Origin: Cirrosporium novae-zelandiae
Lineage: Eukaryota
Direction of reading: 5' to 3'
Assembly (NCBI GenBank): GCA_026023565.1
Contig: JAPETS010000022.1
Location: 310,001-374,000, forward strand
Length of the DNA: 64,000 nucleotides
Part shown: one piece after another, positions 49,641 through 62,628 of the stretch
Layout: the number at the start of each line of letters is the position of its first letter
Position numbering within the stretch: the first letter of the stretch is position 1
The notes under the pieces: generated by a model
Database searches by the model: none
Told to the model about the DNA's origin: nothing
The model's input: only the letters and a program-made list of their open reading frames with translations
Program-made: the position numbers and the translations under genes

Positions 49641-50703
49641 TCATCTCAACCCAGCAAGACGTCTTTCTTGAACCTCAGTCAAAGCGCGGCTTCCACTGAT
49701 GAAAGTGACGACTCCAACTCCCACCGCGACCGGCAACGTGTGGAAGAGATTCCAGCTGGTGTAATACATGAAGAAGACGCCCTCCATGGCGATAATTGAG
49801 CCGAAGAATAGTACGTGGGCTATTGGGGCGGCTTGAAGGGCTTTGGGGAGGTGGTTGATGTTGGCTCCGATGAGCAACCACTGTGGTGTGCATATCAAGA
49901 TTAGCCATGTTACTGCAGAGAGGAAGAGCATCAAACCGTACCACGCCAAACAAAACTGGGAGCGCTGCCAATACGCAAATGGTGAAGAAGATTGTTATGA
50001 TTTTCGGCGGACTCTTGGGGTCTGTGTGGAATATGTGATGAATCTCCTCCAATTTGCCATAGCGAAGTGGCTTTTCGGGTGGAACTGTCGCCACATTCGG
50101 ATCGGATATAATGCTGATATCGAAAGCCTTCTCCTTATAAGGCTTGGACGATCCAAATGAAGCTACAATAATTGAAGCTTCGAGGGGCTGAGATGATGCA
50201 CGGAATTGGGCTGGGAGATCATCTTGTGTCTATATATATGGTATATGGTGGTCAATAATGGTTGGTGTGGTGGTGCCAAGACTTGCAGGGTTCCGGCGCG
50301 TACCAATTCAACCTTGCCCTTCCCACTCTCCTTCAAACTGAACACATATGATGTTTCAAGTCCAGTTTCTGGTTCTCGAAGTGACAGAAAGGCTTGATGA
50401 GGTCGCTTCTGGCTCTTATCATCTTGGGTCGTCAAGAGAATTTTCAAGGTGTCTTTAGCTCCAAGATCAACAGACTGCGACAATGCCTTGTTGGGAGAAA
50501 GTCTGGGTGCGTTTAGTATAAAAAAGTCAAGTGCTTTGGTTGTCCTTGAAGGCCACGTACTTCTCTTTCAATCCTCCCCCAACACCGGTACCCTTTCCTT
50601 GGATTGTAAGAGTGGCATCGCTAAATCCCCATGAAGCTGCAATTGCAGTTTCGGCAAAGAAGGCGATGGCAAGCCCTCGCAGGAGATTGGAAGAAAACCG
50701 CAT
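49641..50703 (-). CDS. SWP1: oligosaccharyltransferase subunit Swp1 / ribophorin II
   Basis: Signal peptide then ASWGFSDATLTIQGKG, KRPHQAFL, RYGKLEEIHHIFHTDPKSPP, and three C-terminal TM segments ending GSRALTEVQERRLAGLR; 4 exons. Confidence 0.9.
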
Positions 50704-50903
50704 TTTTACCGTCGTGGTTGATTTGTTCTGCAATTGAAAGCTGTGAACTTGACACAACACCTATGGTTTCGTTTTCGGCCGAGTTGGAAGTACCAATTAT
50801 CCGACGGATAAGTCTTGGGCCTCGATAAGCCGGAGCAAAAGAATTTTCGGGCCGATGAAAGCGCACAGACCACCGCACAATGGCTAGCCCAAATAGTGAA
50901 TTC

Positions 50904-51003
50904 TGAGTCACGTGAAAATATTTAAGCCAATACTCTCACCAACTATATAACCTCAATCCTTCACCTCACTTCCCCATGCACGTGACTTATTCAAACACGT
51001 GAC
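50904..51003. promoter_or_regulatory. three GTCACGTG E-boxes (first overlapping TGAGTCA) in the divergent SWP1/DUF3716 promoter
   Basis: CACGTG cores at 50909, 50979 and 50996, each within GTCACGTG on one strand. Confidence 0.55.
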
Positions 51004-51548
51004 TTGACACCTCCTTTCTCATTATCCCCCATTCAAACACTATTATTTCGTTGTGCTAGACTATCTACTGCATCGAACAAGCCCTAAAGTCATATTAAAC
51101 CTAGCCTTCTCGCCGTCACTGTCGCTCTTTCGGTCAATCAGCAATCAGTGTTTCACTCGAAGGTCAGCTTCTTTTTAGGTATTTTAACCACAACCTTTAT
51201 AATCCATATTGATTCATGAATTCTTATAAACTCCTTCTTGTTTGAAAGCATCACTGACTGTGTCCTGAAGACTGTCTGCGAGCTGTTCACCTTCATCATC
51301 TCAGCACCTATCAACTTCTACTGAAGTGGCAATTGCATAGGCTATATTACTCATAACAGAGACTGCATGATCAGCTGCGTTTCTTAATCGAGAGATCAGA
51401 CAAGCAATCTTGGGTTTCCACTTGAGAGCTTGCAAAGTCTGTGTGGTTCCTAGTATATAGGTTGCACAACAAGCTGCACGTTCCCAATCGAGAAGCTCGA
51501 TAAGCAACCAACACCACCTTGACCTAAAGTTCACCTTTCAAAGTTAAA

Positions 51549-52388
51549 ATGCCACCCTACCAGCAATATACCTCCTCCCATCCTAATGCCAGCTCGCCAG
51601 TTGAAAGCCAGGCAACAGCTCAAGGCTCGCCTGGCCTTCCACGAATGAATGGCATCAGGAATGACGAGCGTCGGCATCGCCTATTTGCTATGCCTATACG
51701 AGCGGAAGAACTGGATAGTCTCCAGAATTCCGGTCCGAGCACTTCCGTTGCGTACGAATGCAGTGCATACGCTGGCCCATCAGCAGCGGCAACACTCTCT
51801 GTCCACGGCTCGACTGATCAGCATGCTTCTTTAATGGCAACACCGGCATCTGATTTCTCTCTCCCCCCTCCGCAAGCTCCGCTAAACTTCACCGAACTAT
51901 ATCAGAGTTCCTTTATGGTCAGTCTTTCGGAATCCGAGTTGGAAGAGTATTACAGAGCCTTTGGCCCACCTCCACCCTTCGAAATATTGCCTAGCCCTCC
52001 CAGCAGGGCCATGACAGCCTTGAAGGAAATGGATGTTGTTCGTCCTCTAGTTCTACGGGCTCACAGACAAACCGCTCGAGTCACGGCTCTCGGCTCTAGA
52101 CGAGGATACCATCAGGCGGAATCGGCTCTCGGACACGTGCGCGGAGAAGAAGCAAAGATGCCGTGCGAAAAGTGCCAGAAGCTGCGCGGTCCCTATGCCC
52201 AGTGCATCATTCTCCCTGGGAATGTGGGTTTTGGAGCTTGTAGCAACTGCCACCATGAGTCGCAATCTATCCATTGCACAATTCGCACTATCCCAAAACA
52301 ACGGAATTACCGCAAAAAGACTTTGGATACTAAACCGCATAGTCCAACGGGGCTGGACCCGAAGCTGGAGGAGATGGAGCTGGAATAG
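51549..52388 (+). CDS. DUF3716 (Cys-rich) domain protein
   Basis: ESALGHVRGEE...CEKCQKLRGPYAQCIILPG...GACSNCH...CT matches the DUF3716 pattern; intronless. Confidence 0.8.
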   Translation: MPPYQQYTSSHPNASSPVESQATAQGSPGLPRMNGIRNDERRHRLFAMPIRAEELDSLQNSGPSTSVAYECSAYAGPSAAATLSVHGSTDQHASLMATPASDFSLPPPQAPLNFTELYQSSFMVSLSESELEEYYRAFGPPPPFEILPSPPSRAMTALKEMDVVRPLVLRAHRQTARVTALGSRRGYHQAESALGHVRGEEAKMPCEKCQKLRGPYAQCIILPGNVGFGACSNCHHESQSIHCTIRTIPKQRNYRKKTLDTKPHSPTGLDPKLEEMELE

Positions 52389-53505
52389 AGATGGGATGCA
52401 GAGCGGGCTAATGAATTTATCACTGGCAACTTGTCTATTTGAGCATGTCCTGCCTGAATGATTCTTGGGTTCTTTATTTTCTTTTCAGGCGCTTGATGTG
52501 GTAACGGTCGGATAAGATGCTTGTTCAAGGAGCAAGTTGAGATTAGCAAAGGAAATGAAATGAAGAATTATCATGTTCAACAGCCAAACCCAATTATTTA
52601 GACTTGTAACTAGACGCGACAGAAGGAATTCGTGACGCGTCAGTAAGCAATAAGCGCGATTTGGCGATTTGGCGATTTGGCGATTCGGCTATCTCAGAAG
52701 CAATGGTGTCCACTGTCCCACCCGTTTCCCAGAGCTTTACCAACGGCTACCAAGAGTACATAAATTCAACAAGTAATGCGTTGCTTGTCATGGGCTACTC
52801 AATGTTATTCGCCTACGTCTAGCTTTGATGACCGGTGTTACCTAACCATCCCGGTTATCCACGGCACGTCACCTAAGTCTTGTTGATGTGCTTGGCCCGT
52901 TCTTGGCCCGTTCTTGGACGTTTCTTGGAGACGTCGACTTGATTGGATCCCAATGAATCGATAACAACTCTTAACATCATCAACTCCATATCTGCCGAAT
53001 TTGACTCCATAAATCCTTCTCTCGTTGTCTTGGTTGGGAATAAGCTCCTTGGCCATCAGTTGAGGGGTGGACCTGATCCTTGTCATGGTGCAACATGGTG
53101 TCTTGGATTTGATCTAATCTTCTCTTTTCTTTTCCTCTTGCTTTGAATTGTGCCTGAATTAAAGGTCAATTGACTCTGTAGTATCGTTACTATCTGATAA
53201 GACTATAGAAATTTTTTGGAGCTTGCAACAGGATCGCTTGGCTGTTTAAAAGAGTTGAAATACCGTCCAGATCCCATCCAAATCCCAGTGCTGACCATCA
53301 ATTTTCACGCATATCCTGTAGTTGTTAGAACATGCTTGCCTACATTGTGTCCTGACGGTTTTTGGGTAGCATTATCAGGTAATATTGGCCAGCGAATCAC
53401 GCATGTCATTAAAGGGCGTAGCTTACCATTGCCATCTGTTGATAGATAGACAACTACCTCTTCCTCAGCCTACCTCTCGACTGTCAATTCTCAAGCACCA
53501 TCATT

Positions 53506-55351
53506 ATGGCATTAGGACATAGGAACCCCCACGTGGGTTCTAGTCCCTCCCCAGAGGAAGACCCCGAAAAGAAAGCAGAGTATACCGCCACCGACTATCA
53601 ATTTCCCGCCGTCGAAGGGGCAGATGGAGACTTTGATGAGGTGAATCGCCTTCATAGAGGCTTGAAGGCTCGCCATGTGGCCATGATTGGTATGAATTCG
53701 CCGTTATAGATCTTGGTTGCGCATATATACTGATTTCCGAAAGCAATCGGTGGAGCAATCGGCACGGGTCTGATTATCGGAACGGGCTCGGCGCTTGCCA
53801 AGGCCGGGCCTGCTGCAATTCTGATTTCATACAGCATCGTTGGTCTACTCGTCTATGTGGTTATGTGCGCTCTGGGCGAGATGGCAGCCTGGCTTCCACT
53901 CCCTTCAGGATTTACGGGATATGCTGGTCGCTTCGTTGATCCTGCCCTTGGGTTTGCCGTGGGATATACGTAAGTTTCCAACAAGACCTTCCTTTCAATT
54001 TAATGACCAACATGTTGATTCCCTTTCCAGTTATTGGTTTAAGTATATCATCACCACCCCAAACCAGCTTACCGCAGCCGCATTGGTGATACAATACTGG
54101 GTGGACAGAGACACAGTCAATCCGGGAGTCTTTATAGCAATTTTCCTGGTCCTAATAATCCTCATCAACTACTTCGGCATCCATTTCTTCGGCGAATTCG
54201 AATTCTGGCTCTCTAGCATCAAAGTCGTAGTAATCCTCGGCATCATCATCGTCTCTCTGGTGATCGCCCTAGGCGGCGGCCCGGACCACGACCGGCGCGG
54301 CTTCCGCTATTGGAAGGATCCGGGCGCCTTCAACACGTACATCGAAGACGGCGACGCAGGTCGCTTCTACGCCTTCTGGAGCACTATGGTAACGGCGACT
54401 TTTGCCTTCCTCGGAACCGAACTCGTAGGCGTCACAGTGGGCGAAGCGCAGAACCCACGAAAAACAATCCCCAAAGCCATCAAACTCACCTTCTTCCGAA
54501 TCGTAATCTTCTACATCCTCTCGGTGCTCCTCCTCGGAATGTGCGTCCCCTACGACTCAGAAGACCTCATCTGGGCAACGGAGCAATCCAACTCCGCGGC
54601 CGCCTCCCCCTTCGTGGTCGCCATAAAACTCGCGGGAATCGACGCCCTACCCGCAATTCTAAACGCGTGCATCCTAATCTTCGTCTTCTCAGCCTCAAAC
54701 TCGGACCTCTACATCGCCAGCCGCACCATCTACGGCATCGCCCGAGAAGGCAAAGCCCCCAAAATCCTTGCCCGAACCGACTCCCGAGGCGTCCCCATCT
54801 ACGCGCTGGGCCTCTCCGCCCTGTTCGCCCTCCTGGCCTTCATGAACGTCTCGGACTCCTCGAAAAAAGTTTTCACTTACTTCGTAAACCTCGTCACCAT
54901 CTTCGGCCTCCTGACCTGGATCTCCATCCTCCTCACCCACATCTACTTCGTGCGCGCCCGCGTTGCCCAGAACATTCCCCCCACATCCCTAGCCTACCAA
55001 TCCCCCTTTGGGATCTACGGCTCCGCCATCGCCCTCGCCTTTTGCATCCTCATCGCCCTCACCAAAAACTACACCGTCTTCGTGCACGACCCGGACGATT
55101 ACGGAAACTTTGACTACAAAACTTTTATTACGGGATACTTGGGGATCCCTCTTTATTTGGGTATGATTGTGGGGTATAAGTATTGGTGCGGCACGAAGGG
55201 GTGGGCTCCGGCGGAGGCGGATCTGTTCTCGGGGAAGGCGGCGATTGATCGCGAAGAGGAAGAGTTTTTGGCTAGGGAGGCGGAGAAGAGGGCCTTGGGG
55301 GATAAGAAGGGGCATCGGTTTTATAGACGGTTTGTGGCTTGGTTGTTTTAG
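53506..55351 (+). CDS. yeast amino-acid transporter (YAT/APC) family permease, Dip5-like, 3 exons
   Basis: LHRGLKARHVAMI|AIGGAIGTGLIIG, LGEMAA, FGEFEFW, GFRYWKDPGAF, AFLGTELVGVTVGEAQNPRK, SASNSDLYIASRT. Confidence 0.95.
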
Positions 55352-56254
55352 TGGGATGGATGGGGGTGTCTACTATTTACTTGGTCAAGTTCCCTGGAAT
55401 TAATCAGAGAGAAGCAACGGGGGGATGTGGATCTCGGAAGTTTAGGTAGAAGTTTTGGTAGAAGTTTTAAAAAAAAAACCAAAAAAATCCCAATATATAT
55501 TTTCTGCTGATTTATTTATTTACTAGAGTATCTAAACAGACAGAGGTGTGAATGAAGCCTTTTTTTCTTTCTTTCTAGAAAAAAGTGGGGGGGAGAGAAA
55601 GAGAGTACTCGAGTAATAAAAACTGGAAAATATTACCCGGTTAATTATAATAACACCTCTCTTGCTTATGCAACTAACTGATATATATATATATATATAT
55701 CTCTTTGGATTAATTTTGGGGGATGGGGGGGGGAGGGGGAAAAGAGTATAACTAACTAATTAAGAATATATAGATAGACTATATGACTTGTTTTGTTTTG
55801 TTTTGTTTCTTTATCCAATTCTTGGGGTAGATTATGTATCTTATATGTTTATGTATCTTATGTTATGTTCTGCATTATCTGATCTCATCTCTCTCTCTCA
55901 TGTAGGGAGGGAGAGAGAGAGAGAATAAAAACCAAATCAATTAATCCAATCTAAATGAAATAAAAAATAAAAATAATTTTTCTAATTTATTCTTTCTTCG
56001 TTATTCTATTACAATCAATATATAGCATGCATATAGCTTATCCCTTTTGTCCTACTTCCAGTTCTAAGGTATGTAGTATGTGGAATGTGGAATGTGCAAT
56101 TTTATTTTCTGCTTCATCTCTCATATATATAGAAAAAAAGAGAGAGAGAGAGAAAGGGAGAAAAGGGAGAGAAGTAAAAGCCAATTAATCTAATAAAATA
56201 AAATGAAATAATTTTTTTTTTTTTTTTTTAATTTCTTCTTCTTCTTCTTCTTCT

Positions 56255-56375
56255 GAGATATATATCCATCCTAACACTAGAAACTAGGGCATCCCCACAC
56301 TCACGTCCCTGTTAGCTTATTCGTTAATTACCTAGTTACCTTTGTTGAGTTGTTTTCTAACATTCTTGTAATATT
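56255..56375 (+). repeat. copy F (more diverged) of dispersed repeat family
   Basis: atatatatccatcctaacactag...cacgtccctgttagctta...ttctaacatt aligns in order with copy D. Confidence 0.6.
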
Positions 56376-57658
56376 CCTCCTCCTCCTCTTTCTTTTTCCC
56401 TCCTTTTCTTTCTTCTTCTTCCCCCCAACCCAAACAATAAAATAAAATAAAATAAAACAATATGTATCTATATCTATACCTGTAGCTAAATTCTTATTCG
56501 GTAGGGGTATTCGGGGGGGAGGTATAGGAGGTATGGGAGAGATGGAGTTTGAATCTGGATGGAAATGGAAATGGAAATGGAAATGGAAATGGGAGTAGAA
56601 ATGGGGATAGGGTGGTTTGTTGGAGTTGGATTGAATTTGATTACTCGAGAGCTTTCTTACTACTTAGGTATCTAGCTATGTATTTTGGTATTTTACCCCC
56701 CCCCTCCTCCCCTTCCCCTAATATGCTCTCTCTCTCTCTCTCTCTCCCATTCGTTCTCTCGTTCTCTTATCCTCACCCAAAGCTGTTCACCCTCATCATC
56801 TCCACCCCCACCCCCCATTTCCATCCCACAACCCCCTTTATTAGACACACAAATCCCTTACTTCCTTATTTGCTCTCTTTTCCTTCTTGCCCATCGTAAA
56901 TACCTAGGTAATTAGTAAATCTCACTCCCCTCTCGACCCCAAAAAAATCCACAATCTAGGACTCAGGAACTAGAAATTAAAAAAAATAAATCATCCTCCT
57001 CTCCCCCCCGCGCTCTTTTTTTTTCCTCTTCTTCTTCTCTCGCTTGTTAGTTATTAGGGTTATAGTTTCATGATTTTATGGTTCTATACCGTACAAAATC
57101 TACCACCTCCTACTTTTTACCCCACTCCTACCTCCTAATTACGCCAATTCCAACTCCAACATCCTAAAAAAAAACCATCCAACCATCCAATCAACTCCAT
57201 CTCATCCTATCCCATCTATAGACGGTACTATACTGTACATGTACCCCCCTCGAACCGACCCAACGACCAGCTCCCCAAAGGGGAGAAGGAGGAAAGTCCA
57301 ATCTAGTCGGCTCAGTCCTATCCCTATCCCCAACACTACCCCTATATCCATATTCATATCCATATTCATATCCATCATCACAGCAGGAGCAGCAAGGAGC
57401 AAAGTCTGAAGCCTTTTCTATTCCGTTCCCGTTCCTATTTCGTGATGCCGTAATGGGGGCTTCTACGTAACAATCAGAAGATCAGAATAAGCCAGCAAGG
57501 TCCAAATAGTTTCCTTGCTACTCTGTTCCACTGGGTTTTTGGCTGCTTTGTTGGTTCGAGTCCTCCATGTCCTCCATTTTTGGAGGAAGGAGGGAGGGGG
57601 GGCTTGTTGCTTGCTTGGTATTACAATGATGATCTGTAAGTAGCATCCGTATGACAGC

Positions 57659-57712
57659 CAGTGAAAGGAACAGACCAGACCATCTATTTAGTCTGGTCTA
57701 TTCCTTTCACTG
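57659..57712. repeat. 22-bp inverted repeat, 10-nt loop
   Basis: CAGTGAAAGGAACAGACCAGAC / GTCTGGTCTATTCCTTTCACTG, one mismatch. Confidence 0.9.
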
Positions 57713-58812
57713 CAATGACGGCTTGGTCTCTCTCCACCGTAAACTTTGACGTTTAAGCTGAGAGATATTGTGGCTGACACAGACCGGAATTGCGGACTCG
57801 TTTACCACGACCCCGTAGACGTCTACCCGCCCGTCAAAGGTTCGCTGTGCGGATATGGTCCATTCCCTTCCCTGGATATGATAATATTTCTTGCATCAAG
57901 ATCCTTCCCCAGATCCATTTTTAAGGAAGAACACACGGCCCCTATAGGATTTATGACAGTGATCGTAGTGCGGAATACCAAGAGGCGCCTTTAACTATTA
58001 TTTTCCAGTCCAAATTAGAAATATTGTGCGGAAACCTACCGGCTAGCTCCTTTTAGTTTATCAGAATTTTATAGATTTTTGCAGAATCTGAAATTTGGGC
58101 TGATATTTCATCATTTTGCAGGCTCGGCTTGTCAACTCTGTTTTTATCTGGATCAAATAGTAGTCGATTCTCATGCGGAGGGGAATTCACTCCTGTATCG
58201 AGGTTCCAATCTCTGCTGGCTGATGGAACTGGGGTATTTGTAGTATCCGTGATACTGATGGACTTGACAGCTGTGGCCCCTTTATCTGTATGCCTCGAAA
58301 GGCAATAGGTAACTAAGGCAATTTAGCTTCGAAGCTATACGATGAAGTAGCTATCTCACCACTACTAACTTCCATGCTTCTGACCATCGTAGTGGTTCCC
58401 GAAGGTACTGTACCAAAGCTGGGCTATTCGAAAGTGCAGAAGACCGAGACGCCATAGTTGCAGAAGTATACCTGTTGAAGTTAAGAGTTCCGCAATGAAA
58501 GTTGAATTGGGCGCACATCTAAGAGGACTGAAAACTCCTACCAAGCTGTTGGTACAACCTTTCGAGAGAAAGTTGTCCTCGTATATCATCGTCACAATCA
58601 ACAGTGGTATATGGCTAGAAAGGATGCTTAATCTCCCCCCGTCGTGGGTACAGCGCAAGAGACAGCGATGGAGTACATGATAAAAGCTGTTGTGAACGCC
58701 TCTGAGGAACTAAATGGAAAGTGGCCGATTATTTATCTTCTAATTTAGTCTTGAACCGGTTCTATATTCTGCGAGGCGTAGGATTTGAACTTTCGTCTTC
58801 AGTGCTCACAAG

Positions 58813-61691
58813 TTAGAACCTCCTGGGCTGACGGAACAATTTCCTGCAAATCCATCCCTTGGGGATTTCCGGTAACCCGGTGACAGGTGGTGGTATATCT
58901 TCTCTGTTCCCCCCTGCTTTCCTTGACTGGTGTAACAATTTGCTGAGATTCCTGGCCGTTCTTAGGGTCGACGGGTGCTCAGGATCTAATATTTTTTTAT
59001 ATCCTTCCAAGGCTCGTTGATACATTTCTTCCGCCTTTCCTAATCTTTTTTGGCCCCAGCTGGCGTATAACCTGCCCAAATTATAGAGTGTACCTAAAGT
59101 CGATGGGTGCTCAGGACCTAATGCTTTTTTATATCCTTCTAAAGCCCGTTGATACATTTCCTCCGCCTCTTCTAATTTATTTTGATCGGCGTACAAACAA
59201 CCAAGCTTGTGGATTATATTCAAGATCCATAGGTTCTTTGGATCTAATATTTTTTTATATCCCTTTAACGCCCGTTGATACAATTTCTCTTTTTCGAATT
59301 TCATTTCATAGGAGTACAGAGTACCTAGATGATTGATTGTATGTAGAATCGATAGGTGTTCAGGACCCAATATTTTTTCATATTTTTCTAACGCCCGTTG
59401 ATATATTTTTTCTGCTAACACCGGCTTACTCTGATCATTGTAAAGAATGCCAAAACCGTTAATAGTATCTAGTATCACTTCTCTGTATTCTGGTTTCATG
59501 CCAATATCATCGGTTGTATCGGTTTTGCCATCGCTTTCGTTTAGCATGTTGGTTAGTAACCACTGTGAACAACGTTGAGCATGACCAAGAAGTCGACGCT
59601 GTAAAATCCAAAATTCTCTAGCATAGTGGGATGGTGCAGCTAGACCAAAAATAATTACTGCTAGTTGAGCTAATGCTGTTTTCTGGTTTTCGTTTTGCAT
59701 GTTTAATGCCCACTGATGAACGACTGGATGAATGGCATAACTTGTCAAACCTTCCATTTCTTCGACCATAGAATGGTTACGTAAAAGCCACATGGCTTTT
59801 ATGAACTCGATTTCATCAGTTGGAATACCTTGAAGCCATTTTGTCAAGTGAGTTTGAACCACTATATCATCTTCACACGCAACAACGAAAAGACCATCCC
59901 AAAGATCTTTATTATCAAGAAAAGTCCAAAGAAGGAGTAAATTTACCGCGGCCTCGTTTGCTGTTCAGATAGAACTATAAGAAATGGTCCATGTGGTCCA
60001 AATGTAGCCATGGCTGTAATCCCGCAGTGACGGGCCGGCGTGGTTTTAGGATACCATGGGGCCTTTCCATTGTTCTTTATAAAACCTCATGTATTTGCTA
60101 AAACTTATTGCACTTTCCTCCATATATGCAGCTGCTTGTGCAAGGGCTAACTGTAGGCCGCCAAGCAGATCCAACAGTTCTTCACTTTCTGCTAGGTCTG
60201 TAGTCAGAGGCTGTTAGCATCAAGAGGAATGCACATATTAGTTCTACAACATACGCAGTATATGGATGAAACCTTACCGATGCTTTTGTTATATCTGTTC
60301 GAAAATCTTTCGCGTGCTTGGTCTTTATTAACCTTGGTTACCTTTTTCGAATCGCCGAGTTGTTCGAGTTTGGAAAGACGGCTTATAATTAGAATTGACT
60401 CATGATCGCTCCAAGGGAAGTATTTAGAAACGTCATAAGCTTCCGGATCGACATCTTGCTGTTGATTTTCTCGGTCGACGTTATCAAAAATAAGTAGCTA
60501 TTGAACGTGGTCTGGCTGGCTCTGCCAATTCGCCACCACAATTCAATGAGTTCACTTAGTTGGTGAGAGGCTTCACAATACAATTAGTTAGAGATAACTG
60601 CATAAGATTGTAATAAAATAAATGAGACTAACATTCTTTTTCCACCAAACTATTTCTGAACGCTCCCATCTGCTTAATACCTCCTGAGACTGGATGTAGT
60701 TGCGTGTAGCTGCAGCAATTTCCTTGCGTTTTTTGGATTCTTCCAAACCAATATCTTCGAGTCCACGAGATACATTGAATCTGTAGTAATGACCATCATT
60801 ATCTAGGCGCGACTTGTCTTGGCGAAATCGTTCTGCGGTATGTTCTATGTCAGTGGCGATCGCTACAAGCGTTTCGCCAATTCGGAATACGTCATCACGA
60901 AATGGCTTTAGGGAGGGAACTCCGGTCCCAATTGAAACCAGGCATTTGATATTGCTTTCAAGTTTCTCAGGTCCCCATAGAGTTTGAGCTTGGTTCCATA
61001 CTTCCTGCACCGGATTATTGGCCCTTAGCCCACCATCGATAAATTGTTCCTGATAAGGCCCAATTGCGATGGGATCAAAGAAAGAGGATGCTGCCGATGT
61101 TGCTCTGCATGCTTCCCATATTTTTGTTGTTTCAAGAAGATCGCTACCACCACGCGGTGAGAAGTAACTAGCCAGGCACACAATTTCCTTAGTTTCCTTG
61201 CTTGCTGCGCACACAAAACTATGTTCTTGTTAGAAGGCTTGCTCCATCAATATAACAGGATCAAAAACTAACACTTTACAGGTTCCATCTGGATCCTTTA
61301 GCAGAGCATCTTCCGATAGGTTCTTTTCTCTTAATATCCCTTTGACGGCTTGTACAAGCTCCTTGGAGTGAAACCTTCCTTGAATATTACCCTTAAAAGT
61401 CATATCCGACAGCGATGTATAGGCTTTTATACATTCATCGATGTCCATCTTTAGACGACCTAACATGATTGCGATAAGTCTGTTTTTATTAGCGTATGTT
61501 GAGAATAGGCCATTCATAATAACTGACCCACCCGTACTTGTGCCCCCGATCATGTCGAAATAGTCGCAAGGTTTGGGAGGAGAGTATGAGTCAATGGTCT
61601 GCATGAGCTGCTCCAGAATCATGAGCGATGATAAGCCGCGGATTCCCCCGCCATCGAGGGCAAGAAGACGTAATTGTTTTCTAGGCATCAT
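58813..61691 (-). pseudogene. patatin-like phospholipase - NB-ARC - TPR fungal NLR, disrupted
   Basis: Patatin motifs DGGGIRG, GTSTG and DGG. NB-ARC remnants *LLIFDNVD, SILIISR, GLQLALAQAAAYM, IWTTW.IS. TPR units MYQRALEGYKKALGPEHPSTL. In-frame stops at 60498-60500, 60046-60048 and 59965-59967; probable frameshift ~60677; no Walker A. Confidence 0.88.
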
Positions 61692-62628
61692 TGGAGAGTT
61701 ACTGCTGACGTAGCTGGAATGAACACAACCAAAGGGCTATGTGATGGTGATTCGCAACAATAAGGCGTTGCGAGATAATATACAACTTATTCATAAAGGG
61801 CTCTGCGCTTGTAGACACTTGGGGTAAAACATTGACCTCAGGTTACAGAGCTAAAACCCGCAACGAAGCCGAGCTATTAATCCCTACCTACAATGCTATT
61901 TCGTAGCAACTGAAGATTTTTATTGCCTTGACTAATTTCAAAAGCTATCCTCTATGAAATCTATCATGGTAGATATCCGACAATGGTATTATACCGCAAT
62001 ACGTACTTTGACAGCCAGGATAGATAGCTCCTCGAATAAAGCTAGCCAGGGTACTTCGTGAGCACTACTGACATCATGCGTAAATGGAGATGATAGGTAG
62101 TAAATAGGAATTTGAGGGAAAGTACTTATTTAGGTGAGCAACCATTGGCTTTCTCGATAAGCACAGCAATGGCTTGATGCGAAGTTTGGTGGTGCGATTC
62201 GAGGGAATAGACCAGAATAAATAGACGGCCTACCCCCGACTACCCAAACCGGCCAGACCATGAATGCTCAAGGTCTATTTAGTCTATATAAATGCGAATT
62301 ATAGAATAGGAGGGAGATTTTTATGGTATTGAGGTTGGTGGAGGGTGCTTGAGGGCAATGAAGATATCGGAGCTTGGGGGGGTTTTAAAAGCTAAAAAGG
62401 TATAATTCCTCGGCTTCTCACCCCCAATACCCACCGGTTGTGGCCCCTAAATATCGTAATTAGTTGGTCTAATTCCAACAATTCAATTCAACTCAATTCG
62501 CTTTTAGTGTACCTGTTTATCTATCCATCTATCCATACATCTATCAATTGGATTTCTTTCTCTATATCATCAACCTTATAAACATCACTAGTATCCTCCC
62601 TCTCAATACCCAACACCCACAACCACAG

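Noticed and set aside
54310..55113. 267-aa overlapping Arg/His/Pro-rich ORF (and antisense ORFs at 13826 and 19841)
   Set aside because: Shadow frames produced by extreme third-position C/G bias of the real genes.
60498..60500. TAG-for-Trp as an A-to-I editing-rescued premature stop
   Set aside because: The gene also has TAA and TGA stops, a frameshift and no P-loop, so editing could not restore it.
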